Source: Chlamydiia bacterium
GTDB lineage: Bacteria > Chlamydiota > Chlamydiia > Chlamydiales > Parachlamydiaceae
Direction of reading: 5' to 3'
Length of the DNA: 21,426 bases
Assembly (NCBI GenBank): GCA_038257035.1
Contig: JBBSJT010000028.1
Span: 1 to 21,426, forward strand
The notes below the pieces were generated by a model, which saw nothing but the letters and a program-made list of their open reading frames with translations, searched no databases and was not told the DNA's origin. The stretch's first letter is position 1; each line of letters opens with the position of its first letter. Positions 1-7,243 of the stretch are shown piece after piece. The position numbers were made by a program, and so were the translations under genes.

Positions 1-1026
1 ACTTTTAAGAAAAAATTAGATGCTTCTCTTTTTTCAAAACAACAATTGTCCATTTGGCGATTTTTTGAGCAATTTAAAAAAGCCAACTATAAAACTCAAA
101 ATAAGATGCTTAAAAATTCCACTTTTCAGGATCTGATTGCGCTCGAGCCTCTATTTTTTGAAATGCTCATCAAAAATTTAAGTCCTTTCAATAATAATGA
201 TGAACGAATTATAAAACTTGCCCAAATATTAAAAGATAAAATCCTAGCCCCTGATTTTGAAGAGATAGATTTAATTTCAAAAATTATGGAAGTTTCTGCC
301 GGTAGAAAATTACGGGACGTGATTGCAAATTCAGAATGTAAAAATCTGATGGGATTTGATCTTTTTTTAAAAACCGGGAAATTAAAATTTCAAAATTATT
401 ATGAATGTTATGAGTATTTTAAAATAGCAACTCATATGCAACATCATGAAATTGCCGAATGGCTCGAAAGCTTTATTTCTGCAAATTTTGACATTTTGTT
501 AAACGAAATGGATCACTCACATCTTTTAGAAGAAATAATAAGTCTCAATCTTGAAAGCTTAAAATTAAAACTCGATCAGCATTTTGAAAAAAATTTTGGA
601 GAAGGTCAAGACATAAACTATTTTCGATCAGAAGTTTTTGAAGAAAGATATTTCTTTGCAAAAAAATTCAATCTTGTTTTAACACTTAAGTGCCTCAAGG
701 AATATTTCATTCATTGCGTTGGTGGTATGGGCATCATTCAGCCATTTGATGGTAAACGTGTGGAAAAAAATTGGAGAATTGTTTTTGAGAAATGCGAAAT
801 CTTATTTGGAGATGAGAAAAAAAATATTTTGCAAATTTTCGAAGATAGAATCGCAGAAGTATTAAATGAGGAACCGTTCATGATAGAAGACATTGCAATT
901 GCAGCAGAAGAAAACCATAATTATCAACTCATAGAGCTGCTAAAAACTGTCTACAACGAAAATCCAGAAAAATTCTCCAATTACTGGCTGTCGCCCTTCT
1001 CAAACGACCTCACCGAAATCATTTAG
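1..1026 (+). CDS. Hypothetical helical protein with a divergent BTB/POZ-BACK-like region; 5' end probably lies outside the window
   Basis: Frame 1 has no stop from position 1 (TFKKKLDASLFSKQQL...), so the TTG at 46 is probably not the true start. The segment GFDLFLKTGKLKF..YECYEYFKIATHMQHHEIAEWLESFISANF resembles the C-terminal half of a BTB domain. Confidence 0.7.
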   Translation, partial: TFKKKLDASLFSKQQLSIWRFFEQFKKANYKTQNKMLKNSTFQDLIALEPLFFEMLIKNLSPFNNNDERIIKLAQILKDKILAPDFEEIDLISKIMEVSAGRKLRDVIANSECKNLMGFDLFLKTGKLKFQNYYECYEYFKIATHMQHHEIAEWLESFISANFDILLNEMDHSHLLEEIISLNLESLKLKLDQHFEKNFGEGQDINYFRSEVFEERYFFAKKFNLVLTLKCLKEYFIHCVGGMGIIQPFDGKRVEKNWRIVFEKCEILFGDEKKNILQIFEDRIAEVLNEEPFMIEDIAIAAEENHNYQLIELLKTVYNENPEKFSNYWLSPFSNDLTEII

Positions 1027-1132
1027 AGAGGTCAGTGTTTTCTTTAAAACCGAAAGTGATAAGCGAAGAGCTTTTTAATTCTTCGATGAGCTTTAAATAA
1101 TAAAAAGTATTGTTTTTTATACCGCTACCGCG

Positions 1133-1395
1133 CATACGCATTAAGCTAAGGAATAAGTTACTTAAACAAAGTATTTAGGATAATTATAAAGCAGGCCTAC
1201 AGCCTGCATTTTATAAAATGTCATACCTAGGGCGATGCCCTAGGCTTTTAAAAACCAGGCCTTCAGCCTGGAAAGACGATTTTTCAGGGCAAAGCCCTGG
1301 CTTATAATAGCCTAGGGCAACGCCCTAGGTATCAGTGCGTTAAGATCGCAGGCTGAAGGCCTGCTTTATAATTTATTTTTAGCTTAATGCGTATG
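1133..1395. mobile_element. MITE-like non-autonomous element, IS4-family-like ends
   Basis: Perfect 17-bp terminal inverted repeats CATACGCATTAAGCTAA (1133-1149) and TTAGCTTAATGCGTATG (1379-1395), flanked by a perfect 10-bp direct repeat CGCTACCGCG (1123-1132 and 1396-1405). No transposase ORF. Confidence 0.8.
1182..1373. repeat. REP/REPIN-like cluster of six small palindromes in mirror order (A-B-C-C'-B'-A')
   Basis: A: GCAGGCCTACAGCCTGC / GCAGGCTGAAGGCCTGC. B: CCTAGGGCGATGCCCTAGG / CCTAGGGCAACGCCCTAGG. C: CCAGGCCTTCAGCCTGG / CAGGGCAAAGCCCTG. Arms 1182-1207 and 1348-1373 pair, as do 1223-1246 and 1309-1332. Confidence 0.8.
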
Positions 1396-1496
1396 CGCTA
1401 CCGCGGTAAAAAAATATTCTTTCGTGCTTTCTCCGTTCTCTCTCTCGTTCTTTCTCTTGTGCTCTCGGTGTTAAAAAAAACGGTATAATAAAGAAA

Positions 1497-2402
1497 CTAC
1501 CACTCTTTCATGAGGCTCTTGATGTCGAGGCGAAGCATTTTGTCTAGTGTTGCATCATCGGCCATCTTGATAAAAGCATCTTTAAATTCAGTCCTGTTGA
1601 TATGCTCACAAGCCATAACCAAATACGTTGCGAAAATCGCATTTTTTCTGACATCTTCTTCTTGTAATAGATTAAAACAAGCCTTTATTACATCCAAATC
1701 ATCCTTAAACTGTATTAGGGCAATAGCTGCCTTTTCGTTGTCAGAATTTAGCGGACGCGATTTAACAACATTTAAGAGAAATTCTTTTGCAGGTTCACCA
1801 ATTGCTTTAAGCGCTTCAAGCTCAATGGTTTCATCGAAAAAGTCACCTTCGCCCAACGTTTCAAAAAGGGCAATGATGGCACGTTTATCGCCAATGAGGC
1901 CTAAAGCTTTAGCCGCAAGTATAGGTGCTTTTCCATAACCCGGCATTAAAGGATCGTAATACTCTTCTGCGCGTAAAAGGGCAATTAATGATCTGACAAT
2001 GGCTTCTTTTTCGGCAACGATCGCTTCAATTTCTTTTTCAGGGTATTCTTCTTCTGAAAGAATTAAATCAGCAATCAGCAACGCATATTTTTTTTCTTTT
2101 GTCGGTCTTTCATAAAGGGATCGAAGCTTTTTATAAGCCTCTCTTGATTTTGCGACCTTTTCAGCATCGGGGCCTGATAAAACAAGAGATGCCAAATTAG
2201 TTTTTAGTTCTCTTTCCAAATCTGCAAGAGCAATGATTTTTTCAAGAGTAAAATCTTCGCATATGCCTTTATGGGGTGTTTTGTAATATTCTAACATAAA
2301 ATCAAAATGGCCACCAAAATGGGCATCGCGATGCATCAGGATTGCTTGATCGATAGAATCTGTGATCGGTAAATCTTCCGGGGAGTTGTTTTGTATGTCC
2401 AT
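1497..2402 (-). CDS. HEAT-repeat (PBS-lyase-like) protein
   Basis: 301-aa ORF with HEAT-like units AAKALGLIGDKRAIIALFETL and ALKAIGEPAKEFLL. It starts 9 bp after the lipA stop on the same strand. Confidence 0.8.
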   Translation of the reverse strand: MDIQNNSPEDLPITDSIDQAILMHRDAHFGGHFDFMLEYYKTPHKGICEDFTLEKIIALADLERELKTNLASLVLSGPDAEKVAKSREAYKKLRSLYERPTKEKKYALLIADLILSEEEYPEKEIEAIVAEKEAIVRSLIALLRAEEYYDPLMPGYGKAPILAAKALGLIGDKRAIIALFETLGEGDFFDETIELEALKAIGEPAKEFLLNVVKSRPLNSDNEKAAIALIQFKDDLDVIKACFNLLQEEDVRKNAIFATYLVMACEHINRTEFKDAFIKMADDATLDKMLRLDIKSLMKEW

Positions 2403-2411
2403 ATTTTACTT

Positions 2412-3392
2412 CTAATGACTGTTAATTGTAATGTTATTGAGGACAAGATTTGCATTGTAACTTGATCTGACAAAAGGGCCTGAATAGACGTATTTCATGC
2501 CCTTGGCATATCCATACTCTTCATATTTTTTAAATTGTTCAGGTGTTACAAAAGATTTTACAAGTAGCTTATTTCGATTGGCTTGCAAATATTGTCCGAT
2601 GGTAATAATATCACATCCCGCATTTTTTAAGTCACAAATTGTCTCTTCAACTTCATTTTCTTTTTCGCCAAGTCCAACCATTAAACCTGATTTAACAAGC
2701 ATGTTACTATTTATTTTGTTACTTTTTACATAATTTAATAGCCATAAAGTACGTTCGTAAGTTGCTGTATGACGCACTCTTGGTGTTAATGATCTTACCG
2801 TTTCAATATTATAATTAAAAATATCTGGTTCAATTTGTAATATTAAATCAAGGGATGCAGAATTTCCTTTGAAATCAGATGTTAAAATTTCAATGGTCGG
2901 TCGATTTTTTAATAATTGTATTTCTTTAATTGTTTCAACAAGATGAGCTGCACCCCCATCTTCTAGATCATCTCTTGCAACCATTGTAAGAACAACATGC
3001 TTTAATCCAAGTGTTTCAACAGAGGACGCCACTCTTTTTGGCTCATCTTGGTCTAATGAAGCAGGCGTTTTAGAAAAATCAATATCACAAAAACCACAGC
3101 TTCTTGTGCACTCTTTTCCCATCAATAAAAAAGTTGCCGTTTTCTTTGACCAGCACTCTAATAAATTTGGACACTTTGCCTCTTCACAAACTGTATGAAG
3201 TCTGTTTTCTGAAATGGAAAGCCCGGTTTTTAGAATGTCTGAGCCTTCAGGGATCTTGCGATGTAGCCAAGAGGGGAATCTTCCTAAGCTTACGGCTTTG
3301 TCAGGATTTTCAATTTCAGGGTTTACAGGCAAAACGTTTAAACGTGATTTTTTTACCATTGGACGATTATCAAAACGCTTCTCATCAACCAT
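2412..3392 (-). CDS. lipA: Lipoyl synthase
   Basis: Auxiliary cluster motif CEEAKCPNLLEC, radical SAM motif CTRSCGFC, KSGLMVGLGE and C-terminal GPFVRSSY. Overlaps lpdA by 8 bp. Confidence 0.97.
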   Translation of the reverse strand: MVDEKRFDNRPMVKKSRLNVLPVNPEIENPDKAVSLGRFPSWLHRKIPEGSDILKTGLSISENRLHTVCEEAKCPNLLECWSKKTATFLLMGKECTRSCGFCDIDFSKTPASLDQDEPKRVASSVETLGLKHVVLTMVARDDLEDGGAAHLVETIKEIQLLKNRPTIEILTSDFKGNSASLDLILQIEPDIFNYNIETVRSLTPRVRHTATYERTLWLLNYVKSNKINSNMLVKSGLMVGLGEKENEVEETICDLKNAGCDIITIGQYLQANRNKLLVKSFVTPEQFKKYEEYGYAKGMKYVYSGPFVRSSYNANLVLNNITINSH

Positions 3393-4791
3393 TAGTTTTT
3401 ACCTTTTTTTTTGGAAAATGGAGAGGTGTGTCGTTTGCTAATAAAGCGGCTTCAAGCCAGCATTCAGAAATAGTTGGATGGGCGTGAATTGAGCTTGTGA
3501 TCGATTCTACGGTTAGCTCATTTGTAATGGCAACGGCCATTTCAGCAATCAACGCAGAAGCCTGATAGCCCATCACTTGTGCTCCAAGAATTTGCCCTGT
3601 TTTTTTATCGATCACAATTTGAGAAAAGCCATCTGTTTCCAAAATGGCTTGTGATTTTCCAAGTGCTGTAAATGGAAAACTACCAAGTACTGCTTGGTAA
3701 CCTTGTCCAAGGGCTTGTTCAAGACTTAATCCAACCGTACCAATTTCAGGGTGGGTAAAGATAGCTGAAGGAATGGCATTATATTGCATTTTTTCTAAAT
3801 GGCCTGCTGCATTGCTTGCAGCAATTAAGCCTTGATGTGTGGCAACGTGGGCAAGCCACCATTTTGAGGCAATATCACCTATTGCATAAATGCCTGGAAC
3901 ATTCGTTTCCATTTTATCATTCACAGGGATCATGCCGGTATCTGAAACAATCACACCCGTTTTTTCAAGACCAATGTCAGAGGTATTCATTTGTCGCCCG
4001 ACTGCAACCAAGGCAATATCGGCATCAACAGTCTTACCACCTTCAAGTTTAATCCTTACACCATTTGCTATACGATCAATTCCTAAAACCCGCACGTTGG
4101 TTTCAATTTTAATTCCTTGTTTCGTAAAGCTGTCTTGGAGCCTTGCTGAAATGTTACTTGGTTCCGTCGGAATAATATGTGGTAGCATTTCAAGAATTGT
4201 TACTTCAACGCCAAATGTTGCATAAAGAGAGGCAAACTCACATCCAATAATGCCACCGCCGATAATGGCAATTTTTTTTGGAAGGTTTTTTTTATTTAGA
4301 ATATCTGTTGAGTCTAGAATGTATTCATGGTCACATGCAAAGGCCGGAATGTTTTTTGGCTCGGATCCTGTAGCGATAATGATTTTATCAGCTTTGATGA
4401 TAGCATTATTTTCACCGATAATTTTTATTTCATTTGCCGAAATAAATTTGCCATAGCCTTTAAATATTGTCACACCACTTGAGGTGAGTAAACCCGTTAT
4501 CCCTTTTCGCAAATTTTCAACAACTTTGTCTTTTCGATCAATCATTTTTTCAAAATCAAAACTAACATTTCCAACTGAAATACCATATTCATTAGCTTGA
4601 CGGATCTTTTTTAAAATTTCGGCATTTGAAATAAGTGTCTTAGAAGGAATGCAGCCACGATTTAAGCAGGTCCCACCGATGAGATTGGCTTCAATGATAG
4701 CCACCTTTTTTCCCATTTGAGCAGCTTTTAACGCAGCAGGATAACCGCCCGGACCGCTTCCAAGAACAATAATATCAAATGTATTTTCCAT
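3385..4791 (-). CDS. lpdA: Dihydrolipoamide dehydrogenase
   Basis: GSGPGGY FAD motif, GGTCLNRGCIPSK redox disulfide, GGGIIGCE NAD motif and HAHPTISE catalytic motif. Confidence 0.97.
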   Translation of the reverse strand: MENTFDIIVLGSGPGGYPAALKAAQMGKKVAIIEANLIGGTCLNRGCIPSKTLISNAEILKKIRQANEYGISVGNVSFDFEKMIDRKDKVVENLRKGITGLLTSSGVTIFKGYGKFISANEIKIIGENNAIIKADKIIIATGSEPKNIPAFACDHEYILDSTDILNKKNLPKKIAIIGGGIIGCEFASLYATFGVEVTILEMLPHIIPTEPSNISARLQDSFTKQGIKIETNVRVLGIDRIANGVRIKLEGGKTVDADIALVAVGRQMNTSDIGLEKTGVIVSDTGMIPVNDKMETNVPGIYAIGDIASKWWLAHVATHQGLIAASNAAGHLEKMQYNAIPSAIFTHPEIGTVGLSLEQALGQGYQAVLGSFPFTALGKSQAILETDGFSQIVIDKKTGQILGAQVMGYQASALIAEMAVAITNELTVESITSSIHAHPTISECWLEAALLANDTPLHFPKKKVKTNG

Positions 4792-4973
4792 TTTTTTAAA
4801 CTCTTTCTAGATTTTTTTTAAGAATATCGAATCATACAAAAAAAAGCATTCACATTCTCGTTTAAGTTGCTGCTACCGTAAATCTAAAACTTTTATGAAT
4901 AACGATGAACATTGTTTGATTCATCTGATAATTGAATAAAGAAAAAGAATTTCACATAATTGATTTTTTTTGT

Positions 4974-5002
4974 TTGCATAAACAATCAAATAATTGTAAG
5001 CT
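4974..5002 (+). promoter_or_regulatory. Putative sigma66/sigma70 promoter for the CT556-like gene
   Basis: TTGCAT (4974-4979), 17-bp spacer, TAAGCT (4997-5002). Confidence 0.4.
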
Positions 5003-5041
5003 CATGTTATTAAGATGCAAAACAAAAAAGAACATTTTGTT

Positions 5042-5488
5042 ATGAGCGTAACCATTAAAACAAAAATATGTTGGAATTGCGAAACAATCGTAACACCCTA
5101 CGATGAAAATTGTTCGTTTTGTGGTGTTTATTTAAGCCCTTCCACAGATGATGACAAGGAAGATCTTTATAATATTCTTACGCCCCCCTATCGTATGGTT
5201 CAATCCCAAGAAGACATTGATAATCAAGATCTCTCTTTTGCTTCTAATAATGAAGAAATTGTAGATTCAGAATCTTCAGATGATCAGCCAATCAGTAATA
5301 AGCTTGTAATTACGACAATTGTTTTTCTTATTCTTGGATCCATTTTTCTTTTGTTTGCTGCCATGATGTTAGTTTTTTCTCATGATGGATTTTTGACCAT
5401 GAGATGGAATGCAGATTATTGGTATGTTTATTTAAGCCTGAGCATTCCCTTTCTTTACATCGGCTGGAAGTGCCTCCACAAAATCTAA
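5042..5488 (+). CDS. Zinc-ribbon plus two-TM membrane protein, resembling Chlamydia CT556
   Basis: CWNC-x10-CSFC, an acidic linker and two hydrophobic helices. Divergent from lpdA, and CT556 neighbours lpdA-lipA in Chlamydia. Alternative start at 5015. Confidence 0.8.
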   Translation: MSVTIKTKICWNCETIVTPYDENCSFCGVYLSPSTDDDKEDLYNILTPPYRMVQSQEDIDNQDLSFASNNEEIVDSESSDDQPISNKLVITTIVFLILGSIFLLFAAMMLVFSHDGFLTMRWNADYWYVYLSLSIPFLYIGWKCLHKI

Positions 5489-5495
5489 CCTTGTA

Positions 5496-5661
5496 TATAC
5501 CCTTTTTTTGTCATTTTTTTTAACGCAAAGGCGCAAGGACGCAAAGAAGAACAACAAGAGAACTAAAAAAGATTTATTCTTATCTTCTTCTCGCGCATTT
5601 ATGTGCGCTTCTTTGCGTCTTTGCGCCTTTGCGTTAAAAAAATAACAAAAAAAACGGTATA
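5496..5661. repeat. Long intergenic inverted repeat built from 8-nt CGCAA(A/G)G(G/A) units, with TATACC...CGGTATA ends (MITE-like)
   Basis: 35-bp arms 5515-5549 and 5608-5642 with one mismatch, extending imperfectly to 5496 and 5661. It lies between convergent genes and could also act as a bidirectional terminator. Confidence 0.8.
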
Positions 5662-5682
5662 AAAAAAACTCAATGTTGAAAA

Positions 5683-7239
5683 TTACAGGATTGAATAGGA
5701 GGGAGGGAATTGGAGGGCGATTTCATCTTGTCTTAACAGCCCTTCCAAGCTATCCAGATCAAGCTTATCGATTTCACTTTGCCGCCAGCTTTCTACTTCT
5801 TCTTTGACAAAATTGGCAAGTATCCAAGGCGAATCTGTGACGAGCTTTTGGGGTTTAAAAAAATCAAATAGAGAGTCTATAGGAGGTTTTATTGTCGGAT
5901 CAAACCTCAAGTTTTTACTGACTAAACCCGAACCCACCAAAAAAGCTAGTAAATTAAAAAAGGGTGTAAAAGCATATAAAAATGCCATCATGATTTTTTG
6001 TGCAGCTAAAGCACTCATTTGAATTGAATGGGAACGAGTTGCTAAATGCTTATTCCAAGAGTTTCTTAAATGAATGCATGTGAATAATAAAATAAAATGT
6101 CGTTTTGTGGGAAGATTAATATTGGCAACGTTCGCTAAACTATTAGCGTAATGACCACAATTATGCAAAAATAGATGATAGATAATATTTTCAGAAGCTT
6201 TATCTTGATGAATCTTTAATTTTATGTTTTTATAAATCTCACGATTTATTCTTGTTGCAACCGTTTTGATTTGATGATTTATACCCCATTCTTCACTAAT
6301 GTCGTCTGCTAAATAACCTTTTTTTAAACAAAAAGGAAACCATAAATTATCAAAATAAAAATGATGTTTATGAGGTCTGTAAAGCCCTTTACTATACATC
6401 TTTCCAATGATTTTTCCATTTACTTTTGTAAATTTATAAGCACGTGTCCAGGAATGATCCCCGGATAAAATTTGTGGCTTTTTTTCTGTTGCTGAAGAAC
6501 AAAATTCCAATACATAGCCTTTATTATTCTCATCAAAAATCAAAGGGTTTTTAATGAAATGAGAGGCCCAGTTACAAGTCTCTCCATTAAGTAAAGGTTC
6601 TAATTTCGTCCATTTGTAGCGATTTTTATATTGAACTCCTTTATGGCCATAAAGGCTGAGGGCGTAGGGTCCATCTTCTGAAGGATTACTTCTATCTGCT
6701 TTTTTTAAGTTATCAATAATTGTTTTTACGCTTGACCAAGGAGTTAGAACATTGTTATAGGGAATTAAAATTTCAAAAGTAGTCTGATCGATTTCAAGGT
6801 GATGATTAAAAGTCATGAGGCTATTGTAAAGGTGACTTGTCTTTGCAAAAGCAATGAATCCCTGATTCTTTTTATGCGTTAAAATATCAGCTTTCAGTCC
6901 AAGTCTTAAAGCTAAAAGTTCTGTAGCGCACTTTGTAAATGCGGGTGTCTCTTGATAGATTTGATAACTTTTAAGAAATAATTTTACAGAAGAAACAATT
7001 TTTGCAATCTTGCAAGAATCATTCCAAATGCATCTTTCGGTTTTTTTTAACACAAAAGAGAGCGATACTGCATTTTTTATAAAACGTGTCGATCTGGTTT
7101 CATCATTTTCTTGATTGTAAAAAATTTGAGCAATGAAATTTGTTTTTTCAAACTTAACTAACGTTTGATCATTTTTAATTTCAAAGGGCTGCCCATACTT
7201 TAGGGCAGCCTCAATTTCTAAAAACAATGGTGAAATCAT
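5683..7239 (-). CDS. Hypothetical protein with permuted papain-like (PPPDE/LRAT-type) motifs
   Basis: 518-aa ORF with GDHSW and YHLFLHNCGHYA motifs followed by a hydrophobic segment. Starts 4 bp after the secA stop. Confidence 0.7.
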   Translation of the reverse strand: MISPLFLEIEAALKYGQPFEIKNDQTLVKFEKTNFIAQIFYNQENDETRSTRFIKNAVSLSFVLKKTERCIWNDSCKIAKIVSSVKLFLKSYQIYQETPAFTKCATELLALRLGLKADILTHKKNQGFIAFAKTSHLYNSLMTFNHHLEIDQTTFEILIPYNNVLTPWSSVKTIIDNLKKADRSNPSEDGPYALSLYGHKGVQYKNRYKWTKLEPLLNGETCNWASHFIKNPLIFDENNKGYVLEFCSSATEKKPQILSGDHSWTRAYKFTKVNGKIIGKMYSKGLYRPHKHHFYFDNLWFPFCLKKGYLADDISEEWGINHQIKTVATRINREIYKNIKLKIHQDKASENIIYHLFLHNCGHYANSLANVANINLPTKRHFILLFTCIHLRNSWNKHLATRSHSIQMSALAAQKIMMAFLYAFTPFFNLLAFLVGSGLVSKNLRFDPTIKPPIDSLFDFFKPQKLVTDSPWILANFVKEEVESWRQSEIDKLDLDSLEGLLRQDEIALQFPPSYSIL

Positions 7240-7243
7240 TTTT

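Noticed and set aside
1182..1373. CRISPR mini-array
   Set aside because: The units are inverted and non-identical, there are no regular unique spacers, and no cas genes are present.
1510..4456. Several + strand ORFs of 68-142 aa opposite the HEAT gene, lipA and lpdA
   Set aside because: Antisense to well-supported genes, with no recognisable motifs.
5515..5642. Integron attC site (TAAC...GTTA ends)
   Set aside because: Lacks the RYYYAAC/GTTRRRY match and extrahelical bases. The flanking genes are convergent, there is no integrase, and the other hairpins lack these ends.
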